A stretch of 64,000 bases of DNA, taken from the NCBI GenBank assembly GCA_964035545.1, contig OZ037768.1:2636741-2700740 (forward strand), written 5' to 3'. Source of the DNA: Bugula neritina. Its lineage: Eukaryota > Animalia > Bryozoa. Positions 45,301-59,600 of this stretch are shown here, one piece after another (positions within the stretch are counted from its first letter, which is position 1; each line of letters opens with the position of its first letter). A program made the translations under genes and the position numbers. The notes below the pieces were generated by a model. That model was not told where the DNA came from. It did no database searches and saw nothing but the letters and a program-made list of their open reading frames with translations.

Positions 45301-46586
45301 TGCCCCAGACAACTCAATCCAGTCTAAAACACATAGGAATATGATGATGAATAAGTTTTACTGCACAATAGTTGAATAATACAGATGAGAGTAACATCAG
45401 TATATACAAAACACTAGCTCTTTCTCTGAAAGCTTTTCATAGCTTTTTCTCTGAAAGCTTTTTATAACATTTTCTTTGAAAGCTTTTTATAGCTTCTCCA
45501 AAAATTTGCATAGCAGCAGTGCCATAATACAATACCTCTTCTATTACATTAAATAATTAAACAACAACAAAAAATAACACATTTCAAAGTTACAAAATTA
45601 AGCAAAACATAGAGCATTAATTCATAGAATATCTACGTATTTACTTTGACCAACAAAAATACCACAATAAAATTATGATAAATATTTTTATTGCACAATA
45701 TGTGTTATATAGTTTTGTAGTACAGGGAGAGTGAAATGAGTATATACAAAAACATTATAGTTATTTAACTGAGAGCTTTTAATCATAGATTTTTCTCTAA
45801 AAGCTTGTATAGTAACAATGCTAGAATATAACAAAATACACATATGTACTTGGTGCGTGTGCAAAGTGGGTGACACTAGACCATTGCCCAAATATATTTT
45901 ATATATATTTAAAACAAGTACTGTTCATAAATAAAGAAATAAGGAATGTTGTATAAGCCATAATTAGCCATATATAAAACAATTATGTAAAAATGGTTGG
46001 GATAGTTGATACTGCCAAATAAATAAATGCACTTGACAATGCAAACTGTTCTTAATAATAAAAGTAAACAAAAAATGTTAAGTATTATTAACGATATTAC
46101 ATAACACAATAGCTGTGCAAACGACTTTATCACATCAAAGAAATGAAATTGTTCAGTTCATGCAGTTGAAAGAGTTTTCAATTCTCTTTTGTGAAACTGC
46201 TCACTGAGAAATTACACACTGAATTGTAACTTAATCATTCCAAACATATATTGAATAAGAAATAAGTTAATATTAGCATATTGGTGATGAAATCTTAATG
46301 TTAGCCTAGAAACGACAGCAAAGACAATTCGTAGAAATAAATTAATGAGTCACGACAAAATTAAAATCCCTTATATTACCAGCAACCCAAGTGTTATAAA
46401 ACTACTCATTCGAAATGTACCTGCACTCATAACAATAGGTAGTATAATCTATATTATTTATAAACAGCACCTCCTACAAGGTCAGCTATTGTTAGCAATG
46501 AATCAGCAGTTTTGAAGCACATGCATTATTCAAAGGAGCTAAAAATAAACCTTGAAATTTTTTATGGAATACTTTAATTTAAAAAA

Positions 46587-49500
46587 TCAATGAAGAACTA
46601 AACGTGTAAAAGACAATGAAGCAGAGAACTTTGACCTACTGTCAAGGTCGTTGACTAGATTGGGGTATGTTTCCTTCCAAATTTTAAGATTAACGGATCT
46701 CACATCTCCAAAGTCGCATGTTTTGTTGCACTGTCTGTGGTCATAGACATGATTGGATCGAATTGATTCGCCATTGACAATCCGAAACCTAGACTGGGTT
46801 CCTTGTCCACAGGGAACATTGCAGGCTGTCCATTCAGACCACCCAGATAAAATACCTACAATGTAGAATAGGGGTTGGTGCAAAACATATCTTTCTGGCA
46901 AATTCCATGGGACATGTACCCAAGGATATTCACCCCATGCTAAAATTAAAACATGCGCATTCCAAAACTATATATTTTAAGCCAGCAATTAAAAAATAAA
47001 AAACAAGCAGACTTCACACATACATGGGGAACTACAAAGTTATATTAGAACAAACTAGAGTAAGAAGGAAGTTGAAAAGGAAGCAAAATTAATTTAGCAA
47101 TTAATGGGATAAGATAAAATCCCAGTAAGATGTAATTACTGCCAAATTACATAACATTGATTTATAACTTTGAACCTTTTTCCAATCTTATCATTATGAT
47201 TTAGCCAGCTGGTTGCTAAAGAAAAATAGCTGCTGCAGTGGGCTCCCCAAGTGTCAAATTGTCATACATGTTTACACATACTCAATACCTATCATTGATT
47301 TACATCTAAAGTAAATAATGGCCAGACAAAGTATTACACAATGCAGCAGTACCACACGGCAGTTCGGCATGCCACTGATGAATGATCTTAGGTGAGCAAA
47401 GCTCAACCTACCCTGCACTCCGCTTGTTGATATTTTTGGTTGAATGATTTTAGATCAAAACAGTCCAAAGTGGAATTAAGACTTTCGTTCAATGCCAGCA
47501 ATATGATCATGCAAAAATATTTCAACACTTTTTAGAATAGAGTGGTAAAGAGCATAGCAAACGCCTGAGGAGACATTTTGTATTCAAACCTTTAAATACA
47601 GACATGGGCAGATTACAAAAGCTGTATTTATATTAATGTGTTTACTTAATTAACATTAAATGCTTTAAAGTGTGCGCTGATTATCAGCAATCAGAAGGCA
47701 AAATTCAGAACGCAAACTTTAAGAGTAACTATAGACAACGGGCAGCCAGTTGAAAAGTTGCTGACAGACTTCATAGGCTATCGGGAAAGAAGCAGCAACA
47801 CACTCTTAGCTCATCTGACGAATTACTGCGTTAAAGTATAGTTAACAATATTTTGAAAAATGATAAAACATTAAACTCTAGCTCATTCTTAGCTTATGTT
47901 TTAACAGCAAAGATAAATAAAATATTGACAATTCATAAATTTGTTTTCATACAGTAATAACAGCTGTGGTAGAACACAGGCCATTTTCATCAAAATTTCC
48001 ATTAACCCTCAATTAACATAAGAAATCCTCCAACAACCTCACTTTCAGTCTCAAGCCCCAGCAATCTAAGAAGCTAGAAACCAAACAGGTTATTTTTAGT
48101 ATTTCATGAAACACTACCTGTATATGAAGCATATCAAATTGAACTAAGTTTTTATAGGTACAACACATACAGCCTAAAATTTTTGAAAAGAAAAAATATT
48201 CGAGTATATTTTTGGGCTATATTTTAATGCTAGTCGTGTTGTATGAAGCAGGGGAAATGATCAGACAATAAGTACTGAGTCTATAGACAAGTTGTCTTCT
48301 CTTTTCCGGGACAAGCATAACATTAAAACAACAACTAAAGATGCTAAAATTTGTTCTATGCAACTATTCATTTTTATCGAAAACAGATGGCAAAGATTTT
48401 GTATATATGTTTCTTACAAAGTTGAATGTTGCAAACTTTTAGTTCAATAGTATATCATTCTCAAAAGAAGATCTTTGGTCAACTATATACAGATGTTTAT
48501 TTGACTAAAAGCAAAAAAACTTTTTAGTACTATTTACTGTGTATTATTTATATATAATTACATAGGCTTTGTTTTATAAAAAGAACACAACTCCTATAAA
48601 GTTTTTAAAGGGTAAAATGTAAGCCAATTTTCCTTCAACTGTTTTTTATATTACCTTAGGAAATTACACTTTTTGACAAGCATGACCAGCCAAGTAATTT
48701 AATAATATTTTACTAAACAGCTGCTTGAAGTTAGATATTTAAATGTGAAACATTTTGGCGCATAATCTCAAATTATTTACAATTTTATGTTTAAATTGTC
48801 TAAAACCAGAGCTTCTTGTACAAAATATGTCTATAAAAGTCCATTAGAAGCAGTAATAAAGAAATTGATAGAGCCTAAGTTCTTTAATTTATTATTAACT
48901 TTTGGGGTGCGGGCTGAAATTTTTGCGAGAACACAACTACTTTTGCTACATTTTTAATTTAGAACACAGGCTTTTCTCAATTTCTCAATTACTGCACCTA
49001 CCTCCAAAAGTCATGACTACACTATACCAGACTAACATTGCAACTGCTCACTAACGAATCCGCGACATCTCGAAAATGACAATTGGAACTGAAACACCTA
49101 TTTGGAAAATAGACAATTAGAAAATGGACAATTGGAAAATGAAAAAGATTCAACATGGCCTTGTCAAGAGGGGGCGTTTAGTATCTGGCTGGGTTAAAAA
49201 GAGCTTTTTGTAAACGTGAACAATTTTAAATTAGAACTACTCGGTAACTAATTCTACTTTCATGATAGCCTAACTGATTTGCCCATTATATTTATTTTTA
49301 AAAGCTATTTTGGAATTGACCAGATGCCGCACAACTCCTCAGGACCAGACCATGTTGAATATTTTTCATTTTCCAAGTGTCCATTTTCCAATTTTCTATT
49401 TTCTAATTGTCCATTTGTCAAATAGGTGTTTTCCAATTGTCATTTTCACCTTACACCACGAGTAACACTGTACTAGAATGCACACACCACCAGAAGTAAG

Positions 49501-52500
49501 ATGCTAATAGCCACTCACTTTTGCAGATGTCGTTTAGACAAACTTCGGTCTCAAACTGAGCAGCAGGTCCCTCACAATGATACTTATAAACAGATGATGG
49601 GGAGGAACGTATGCACAATCTATATTTTGTTCTCTCCGCCTGCCACCTCTCCCCGTATAGATTACACTCACATGACGACCAGCTAGTCCAGGAAGTTATG
49701 CTTTGTAACATATCTACACAGTCAAAAACTTATTGTTCACTAAAACTGTAGAATGCCTGTCACTATTTGTAAGTGACTATCTGACACTAATAAAAATTAT
49801 GACTATTTGAGATTAAAAATGTGTATAATTAACTGTATCTATAGAAATATCTGACTAACAAGCACTAACAGATAGTGTAACTCGCTTAATTACTAAGACT
49901 AACAATTAGTGTGACTCACTGAATTACTAAGACTAACAGTTAGTGCGACTCACTAAATTACCAAGACTAACGGTTATTGTGATTCACTGAATTACTAAGA
50001 CTAACAGTTAGTGTGACTCACTTAATTACCAAGACTAACAGTTAGTGTGACTCACTGAATTACTAAGACTAACAGTTAGCATGACTCACTGAATTACTAA
50101 GACTAACAGTTAGTGTGACTCACTGAATTACTACGACTAACAGTTATTGTGACTCACTTAATTACTACGACTAATGGTTATTGTCATTCATTGAGTTACA
50201 AGACTAATGGTAAGCATGACTTACCGAAACTGAAAACAAAGAAAATCTCGGAGAGTCCAACCAGAGGCATCTCTAACCTGTACATACCAGAAAGCTTATC
50301 AGTCATTCGGCTGGTTGAAACAACCTGCAGATCAAACCTTTTCTCACTGATCTTGGGGTGAACATGAAACTGTAAAATACAAGGTAGGATAAATTACACA
50401 GTAACTTGTATATTGAATATACTCCCCTTTCCTTACAGTACGCTCTGGTGATATAGAAAATTATTCATTAGATTAGAACATTGAGGAGTAGCTGTGATAA
50501 GAGGGGTTTCTTACAGCATTATTGTGAGAGAGAAAACCGAAGTTGACACTTGTTAGAATTGTCAGCTGTAAACAAATATATAATCATCAAATTATATTCC
50601 TGTTTCCAATAGCTATACCATGTCTCTATTGTATCAGCATGTTTATTATAATATAATATTATATTGAGTTTATAGGCAAGTATTTTATAGTACTAAACAA
50701 CTTATTTAATCATAAATAATCAACTTGAAGATCCCTTTTAATACTAATTAAAATCTTGAAGTTTACTGAAGGTACAGTATCTAGAAAAAAGGATAAAGAG
50801 AAGAAAAGTTTCCTGCATAAGGTGATATAATACCATAACATCATTCTTTTCAGACATGTTGTTTTCCATATTACACAAGACCTTGAGCCTACTTAAAAAA
50901 ATGTAGAAATACACTTATAAATGTAAAAATCACTTTAGACATTCACAAGTATACTCTATATGGCAATTTCAAAGTTAGCAAACCTGCTAATTAACATACA
51001 TGTGCAACAAAAAAAAACAAAAATTGTTGGTCAATAGAAATTTCGCTGAATAAACACAACAATACAAAGGAATATGAAAAACTCACAGAAGCATCCTGGG
51101 ATTGCATTGGTCTGAATGTAAAATTCAGCAAGGAGTTGATATCAAACAATTCATGCCAGTAGTGTGCTCTCCCTACAAAGCATAAACCTGACATGTGAAA
51201 CAAGAAAAGGTGTGGCCATTATCTCAGACACCACTGAAAATGCGCCAATCATTCATGTAGCTAAAAACCTATTCATTGTAAAATGTAATCACAATCTTTC
51301 TTAATCACTATTCTGCGATTTCTATACTTGATATGTAAAATTTCTAGTGTGCACATAACTTTCCTGTTCAGTTTAAGTCAGCAGTAGTGACAAGGGAGAT
51401 AATTTCTAAACACCAGATCCAGGTTTGTCAAAAAGAGAACTATATTGCAAGCAGTATGACCGACCTGTGAGTATGTAATGAATGACTTTGTCATAGTTTG
51501 CATCAGTTATTCTCGTGTAGAAGTCGTGTAGGAATATAGGGCCCCATTCGTATTTTATGTGATGAGCCATTAAATTATAAAAACCCTAAAATAAAAATTT
51601 ACCTAAATTCAAAACAAAAGTTTCTACAAGTTTATATCAGTTCAGTAATAAAAACCATAGCATATAATAGTAGTATATAAATTTATGTTGTAAAAAGAGT
51701 TGCAATCATATCTGAAAGATGATGTATTTTTTGGCAATTATATCATATATTTTTTAAAGATAGAATCTTGCTTAGTGTAATATGAACATTTATAGCAACT
51801 TAAAAGGTTAAAGCTAGATTACCTACAGTTGAACACCTCTTTAACTTATAGAGTGACAACTCTCTATTATAATACTCTGTAGCTGTGTGAATAAATAGCA
51901 TCAAAGTTGATAGATCTGACACAAGGGGATATACAAACCTTCAGAGTAAACTCAAACGGAGCACTAAGAGGAAGAAAGATAACTCTTTGTATCTTAGAAC
52001 TTAGCTTTGAACCCAGATAGTCACCAGCGGCTAATGAAAATACAATATTTTACAATTATTCGATAATAAATTGAGAGGCAAAGAGTAAAAAACTGTGAAA
52101 ACCTTAAAATTGAAAACATAAATGCTGAGAATTCCAAATTAGTTACGGTGCTATGGCATTGTATTGGTATGTGTTAAGTAGATTGCTTTACACTAAATAC
52201 ATTTACATCAGTGAGGCTAAAGTAAATTCTCATAATCATTTGCTATTTAAAAAATATTTATTTAGCTTAAAATATGCAAGATATATTTCAAAATATTACG
52301 TTTGAAGGAATTTCATTTGATGATGCTAATGATGTATAATAAATAAAAGAGAAAGAAGGCTGAATATATTCAATCTAATATTTTGCAAAGTTGTTGTTAC
52401 AAGGTAACAATGACGTCTGGAAACAGTGGCAGTGACCAGACTACTACAAACTGGAGGAGATCTCATTGAATAAGCAGCAAACACAATACATACACTTCTG

Positions 52501-55500
52501 ACAAATCTTAAACATAGGCTGAGGGATCTGTTGATATGGTGTGGTGCGCCAGCTCCACGATGAGGTTCTGAGGTATACGTGACGCCTGAACGCACTGGGG
52601 TTGGACATTTCCACGTTACTCAGACGACTGTAGGTTACTTCCTCTCCGTCATCTACCCATTGCCATTTGTTTACATCCTATAATGTCAGTATGATACATA
52701 TAAGCTAATTTATCTAACTTATTCAAACTTATTAGTAATATTGTAGTAGTTTTGTGGGTTATAGAATGAAATCAGGCAGAGAACATAACTCCTTGTTATA
52801 GAAGAGACAAGAGAGAGTGTTGCATTCGTGTGTGTATAGTATCCTTTATTGTAGAAGAGAAGTATCCAGTCCAGGCTCCAGTCTTCAAGTGACTGAAGCT
52901 CGAAAATGCATGTTCTTTTATACTAGTAGAACAAAGGACTTCTAGAATCTAGAACCTTCCACCGACAGCGGGCCGACATTCAGCAGGAAAAGGCGACATT
53001 CGTCATGCCGGTAACCGACAGACCCAATGTCGGCATCCACCTGCCGAACTCAGTCCAACTGCCGGTTTACATGAATCAAGAAAAATGAACCCAACCAAGT
53101 GTATGCGTATTGTAACTTGTAATTAGGGGAAAAGGGATTAACTATTTACTATGCTAAAAGCTTAACAATAGCCATAGTATTTAAAGGATTGCTCTATCTT
53201 GTCTAATAAATGGCCATTTAGGTCAAACACACATAATATTGTGTTTTTCTAAGCATGCATTGACAAAAAGCATTTGACCAAAGGTAGAAAAAGTTAGTTG
53301 AAGTTGAGGGTGTAGATTGGTAACAGCCAAAACGCCGATTTTGAAATGAGCTGGGAACTGTGACGTAACAGCGCCAGCATTCCTGCTGGTCACGTGACTA
53401 TACAAATGAATAACTATAGAAATATGACTGTGAGATGTGATCTTTCAGCTCGTAATTTGTATATTTATAGAAGTGCAAATGTGAATTATCTCAATCTATA
53501 GTTTTTTGACATTTTAAATAACATGTATGTAATAACATTAGGCTATATTTTGCTTGTAACCATTAGAAAAAAGCATTGCAAAAGCATGCATTCTTTAGGA
53601 TGAATGCCTGCGACCGATCTAAACTAGGTCAGATTGTGCAATATTACGGGCACACCAAAGCTGACCTATATAGCGCACTGTAACTGCTTGAGCGTTATTG
53701 GTTGATATTGTGCTCAGCAACCTTGAATACTAGCGTTATAGTTAGCACGTGCAGCATAGTTACTGGCGTTCACACGTCACGTATTAGGCTATTCTTTTTC
53801 ATGGCTGAAAATTTTACCGCCCTCAAAATTGGAATTTTGAAAAGCTGTTTTCTAGGCACATATCCCTTTGCAAAGTCACAATTGTTTGCATACACATTAA
53901 ATTATAGTTCATAATTATAATGTGATTGTAATAAACTAAGATTGAGCAATCCTTTAAGGTATTAGAAAGTTACGCCACAGACTTAGCTATAACTACAATA
54001 TTTAGAAAAATAGCCACAAGTAATGTGTCAAGGGGATAACTCTTAACATTTACCACAATATCACAGAGAGTGCCTGGTTATGCCCATTTCTGTGCTCCAT
54101 CAATAAACCAGTAAAAAATCTTTATGAAATTTTTTTCCAACATTGTTGAAATATCAGTATGAAATGATGTAGCAGAGAAAACTAACACTTTACATTAGTA
54201 CGGTTTGTCTATAAATATACTTGTGTATTTGATAAGCCCAACCATATCAATGCACTTTTTCCAGTAATCTCTGTAGTGTAGTCTTGAATAAACCACTTTT
54301 TAGTCTTGAGAGTTATCCCAGTTTGAACCCAACGATTAAGCAAAGATTTTAGCCTGTTTGCTTCTGAAAAGCTTTTGAGAGTGAGAAGCTCTGATTGCAT
54401 AGCCCAACAAACTCTCCTACTATGCTCAAACCCTTTGGCTAAAACAAAAAAATTAGTCTAAAATGTAATTTAGGCAATTAAATTGGTATTTTAACTTGAA
54501 TCGTTACAAAACTGGAAGACAGTGTGTAAGTACAGGGGTTCAAGGTGAATAAATAAACGTAGCTTTTTTTGAGTGATCTGAATAATCGATTTAATAAATC
54601 GAATAATAATTTTGGAACAATTAGAAATACTCGGCCAATCAATGCTTAATGCAAATTTTTGTGCTTGGCATGAACGCTAAGCACATCTTTAAAACTAGAA
54701 TACTGTGGTCTAAAATCAGACAGCTGCGACATCATGCATAAAGAATGCATTGCTGAATGGCAGCAATGAACGCTCACCTATTGCTGAATGGGCCATAACT
54801 ATGGCAGCATCTGATATGACTTATTGCTAACTTAACCATGACTACTACTTGGTAACCAGTAAAATGTATGAAACACATACTAAATATTGACTAGACACGC
54901 AAGTCCATGGTCTAGTCTCTTACCTCTGGTCAACAAGTAGCATTTCTTGTTACCACTTCCTGGTGGGTCAGGATTGAGGGTCATCCAGAGACCACCACAA
55001 CCAATATCTGTAACAGAAAAATACAGGCTAACAGCTTGTCAATCAGTATTTAAACTCTGATTTGGCAAAATGAAAAAGTTAAATTATGTGAGAATTACTG
55101 AATTTGTAAACGAATTTTTATAGCTACAAATCTACAGAATATATTACATCTACTCACTTATTTATAGCAATACTTACTTTACATACACTATAATAAAAGT
55201 AAGTGTCGTAAATATTACACGGCTCAGACCATCTAACTTACTTGGCACACAGTCTATTTCGTAGTTGGGTCTCCAAACTCCCAACTCACAAGTTCTGTAG
55301 ATAAACACTTTGGACATGTCATCTGTATTCAGGGGATTGCTGAAACCAACGTAGCAAGTAAACAGCTGCTTAATGACATCATTTTCGTAATCGATGCTAG
55401 TGTAGATCTCTTTGCTGTTGGATGGTTGTCTGTGCAGAGTAGATATACACTGGTTATCTGTAAATGTAATATAATTTAGTATTAACCATAAGTATTGTTA

Positions 55501-55829
55501 TTATATTTGTTACCTCATGCAATAACATGTGTATTATATTTGTTAGTACATTAATATCATCTCACACAACAACTACTCTTTTACACACAGCCAATAAAAG
55601 TAGTTGGAATCAGCTTACTTTTACGTCTATCCTGGCAACCATAAGAACCATAACTGATTCAACTTAGTAAAGGCAAAGCAGTCAATGTCTAAGAAGTTAT
55701 TGGTTGGTAAATAAAGTTCACAATTGTTATAGACCCTACAGTTAAGGTCTCTGAGACATACTTACAGGCATCAACATGGTAGATTCCAAAAGATAGGAAT
55801 ATCAAGTGGTATACTTTCAAGCACTTCAT
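46587..55829 (-). CDS. Secreted mosaic protein: signal peptide, Sushi/CCP, C-type lectin-like, unknown region, 2x thrombospondin type-1
   Basis: Hand-assembled exons: MKCLKVYHLIFLSFGIYHVDA (55829); C...FTCYVGF...RTCELGVW...C (~55240-55457); CYLL...LIWLGL...WQWVD...IC (~52490-55007); WTSWSSC (~49515-49713); WSEWTACNVPCGQGTQSRFR (46587-46855). Confidence 0.75.
49072..49448. mobile_element. Foldback/MITE-like element with internally repetitive long TIRs
   Basis: GAAAATGACAATTGGAA...ACACCTATTTG...GGAAAATGAAAAA at the left is mirrored by its reverse complement at about 49362-49448. Confidence 0.7.
49874..50225. repeat. 34-bp intronic minisatellite, about 10 copies
   Basis: AGTGTGACTCACTGAATTACTAAGACTAACAGTT units. 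Confidence 0.92.
52794..53071 (-). mobile_element. Possible solo-LTR-like or retroelement terminal fragment
   Basis: TG...CA ends, minus-strand TATAAAA (52916-52922) and AATAAA (52845-52850), and clustered CGAC motifs. No TSD is visible. Confidence 0.3.
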
Positions 55830-56688
55830 CTAGCAATAAAATAATAACTCAAGTCAAAAATGAATGAGTTGGAAGTTATTGAATTCTGGAACTAAAACAT
55901 TATGCAGTTACACAATGCAAGGCAGAATGAGACAATGAGAATGACACAACGTAATCCACTGACTGTTGTTTACTTACCAGCTGAAGCCACCATAAAACTT
56001 TATAGACTGTAAAAAAAACAGATCTTACAATGGAAGAAGACGGAAAAGTCTAAAAAAAGTATCATTTGTCAACAAGAAAATGCATGTATACACTTCTGCA
56101 TTCCTATTAGTATAATGAGAAGTTTACCTTGCACAAAACAGTTTTAAACAAAGTGCCATGTTGAAACTATGTAAATTCAGTAAATGCCAAGTAAGTTTTC
56201 TAACAATAATGTAACAAATACATGGCAATAGAGTGCCTCAAGCTGTGTGCAAATCTTGTCTGCATAATATTGATAATAACCCACAAAAAGGTCAATGAGA
56301 ATACATGTATGAAAACTCATGACAATCAAACAATAACTCAACACCCTCAAAGAATGGCCACGGCCTTGAGTTTCACATCAACCATGTATTTAAAGCAAAA
56401 ACTTTATATAAAAATATTTTTTTATAAAAATATGAATGAAAATCCACAGAAAACACAAATTTGGCTTTTAATAAGTTGACTAAATATGAGAGAGTAAGCG
56501 AAGCTGTCTACCAACACATATACCCGTCACATTTTATAGAGCACATGCCTGTATACCACATAGAGTAAAATAAGTCCACTTCAGTCATAATCAAATGTAT
56601 ACTTGGTCTACAATGGCTAGATATGTAATGTAGTCCAGTTAGAGTTATCTGAGTTAGAGTTAAATCAATTCCCGGCATCGAGCATGAA

Positions 56689-59600
56689 TTAGTTCTCAGC
56701 CTCAACCTTCTCGAATGATGAGTCACTGTCAGAGTCTTCCGACTGTAATCCTGGAGCAAGTCCTGGTGTGGGTTCTGGTTCGAGTTGTGGAGTAAGTTCT
56801 GGCGTGGGCTCTGGTGGGGGGTTTGGTGTGGGTTCTGGTTCGAGCTTCGATGTAAGTTCTGGCGTGAGTTCAGGAGTATGTTCTGGTTTAAGCTCTGGTT
56901 CAGGCTCTGGTTTGAGTTCCGGTGTGGGCTCTAGTGTGAGTTCTGGTGTGGGTTCTGGTGGTAATTCTGGTGTGAGTTCTGTTTCGGGCTCTGGTTTGGG
57001 TTTCTCAACTTGACTCGGTATTTCCGACTCCAATTCCTCTTCAACAGCTGGCATCTTCTGCAACGAATGCGTGTATTATACTAGAATGGCAATTCAAGAT
57101 ATTCCGCCACCAGAACTCAGTATCAAGAAGTGCGAGACTCATTGAATTCGGCCAGAGAAGAATTAAATTTCATAGTAAAGAAGGAAAAGTATTCCATGCA
57201 CGTTTCTAAGTAAACGCTTATGGATATTTTTGACTAGCTAAATTGTAAAAGTATTTTGCTTTTTGAACTGTAGAAGTATTTTTACATTCTATAAACACTG
57301 TATTACATAGATTTGGCGTGTTTTAAACTTTTTGGTGATAGAAAGATGGAAGAAAATGTTTCATCATCTAGTAAACATTTTCTCCTTTAAGAAGTTAAAG
57401 TAAAGTCAAATCATCTCATAGGCTTGAGGGCCACAATCTGCTTTCAGTGAATTACAATAACACAAGAAGACATGGAATAATCCACAACAAAGCAGTACGG
57501 CAGCTCAGTACTAAATGACTCAGCGCAGACTATTCAAACATAAGCAAGATAACTCCGAGATGCTTACTTTCTCCGTTTTCAATGCTTGAGGGGTAAAAAA
57601 TTCCATTTGGTTGCTCAAAGGCCCCATGAAGTGCATGTATCCATCCTTGTATATCTCAAGGAAGGGGTACGCCTTCAGTCCTCTCTCCTAGAACATCAGC
57701 CAAACCAGCTGACTAACACGTGTGAGAATACACCTAGAGCCTTAGACTATCATTCTATTATAACAACATTATACTAACAGCCACTAACATGTGACATAGG
57801 AAAGTTTTGTGTGAATTAAAAATGTGGTACAAGGATATAGTTTATCTATATATAATAAGAAGAAATTCAAAAATAGATCAGCCGCCTAAACTGTTCTATT
57901 ATAAAAGCTACTTAACCCAATCCAGTTTTGAAAATATTGTTCGATTAAATCATCATATCTACATCTACTAAAGGCTTGCTAGTTCTCCAGTTATAACCAC
58001 AACATTACTACACTTGAGATTTCACCTGACAAACTTGTTACAATGGAGTTTAGAGTAGAAGTGCGAGAAAGCAAATAATGCAGAGAATGGGGAGCTGAGT
58101 ATTTTCACTATGCAAAAGGACTGATGAGGTGCTATTGAGGTGCAAGCAGACATGGTCAAACATACAGTAGCAGATAACTCCTTACGTTAATATAAGAAGC
58201 CAGAGCAGGGTACACGCGCTTGATGGCAATAAATATGGAGAGCATGTTGATGTAAGGAAAGACGCAGTTGACGCTGGCTTTTACTGCCGGCAAGGTCATG
58301 AACTTGTACTTTTCCTTGGCATACGCTGCCCGAACTTGTGGGTCAGCCTCGGCCTCTGTCTCTCCCAGAATACACCCGACAGCCCAGCGAAGTTTGTTTG
58401 ACGCTACCTGCATATAACATACATTTTAATTCAACATTACCAACTTGTAGATTACTAAATTGGTGGTAGAGTGAAAGCAGGCAGCAAAGAAAACCATCAG
58501 ATACAAAGATTTTACTACCTTCTAGCTACAATTCTAAGTTTGTGCACTATTTTTGACAAAAAAAAACTATTATGACATAAAACTTCTTGGTATAAATGCA
58601 GAAGATAATGTCTAATTCTCATTCTTTTGACAGCTAAAATTTTTAGTAGCAGCTTTTTATATCTAAATAGAAATCTAGTAGATTCTTGTTTATTCATATT
58701 AATGTCATTTCTCTAATCTTATGATATTAGAGGTATGTCAATGCGAATACCACGCACTTAATATGGTCTACACAAATCAGTGTGAGTATAGTGCTTCTTT
58801 AATCATGCTTAACTACCTTTTAGCTTTTTCTATTTTTATTTTTATGAGATTAATAACTTGCGACCCCATTCAGAAAGTTACAGACTCAACTTTTAGTAAG
58901 CATTAAAATATCACAGGTTTAATCTGTATTCTATAGGCATTAAATGTGATTATAATCAACTTTCATTCTCATTCTGATTTAATTGAATAATTATAACAGA
59001 GAATAGCTTATCTCACTATCAGCTAGGAAAAGTCACTAGTTATTCTAGAGAATATAATAACTAATTACAAAACAGCAAATGCTGTAACAAATGCTAACCC
59101 TGGTCTAATGTAAGTTGTCACTAGAGGCTTCCCTATAGACTTTCCAGTTGCTGTAAAAGTCCTACCTCAACTGAGGGACTAAAACTGAGATAATAGGATT
59201 ATTACAATAACATTCTGATTAAGTGAATTTTATTGTAATATTCAGACAACTGAATATCAATAAATAAATACAATAGAAGATTACCAAATATTTACAATAA
59301 TAATATAAGTTGAATAATTTTATAAAAAATAAATATTAAATAAATATCTATATTCATATTGATATTGCAAGTATGTCTTTTAGTACGAGGGTGGTTCAAA
59401 AAGTAACGCCTGTTGTGTAAGATCAGAGAATTTTTATTTTCTGAATACTTAAACTATATATCAAAATGATCAGCAACAACTTAGGAACACACTTTATTTC
59501 TCAATATAGTCTCCTCCATTGTCCACAGCTGCTGTCCATCGTTTTATGAGAGCATGTATTCCTGCCTCGTAAAAGGAGGATGGTTGTGAGCGCAGCCAAG

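Noticed and set aside
49874-50225. CRISPR-like array
   Set aside because: Contiguous 34-bp units with no unique spacers, in a eukaryotic intron with no cas genes. It is a minisatellite.
56768-57013. G/S-rich plus-strand ORF
   Set aside because: Antisense shadow of the TEX264 PE-repeat exon.
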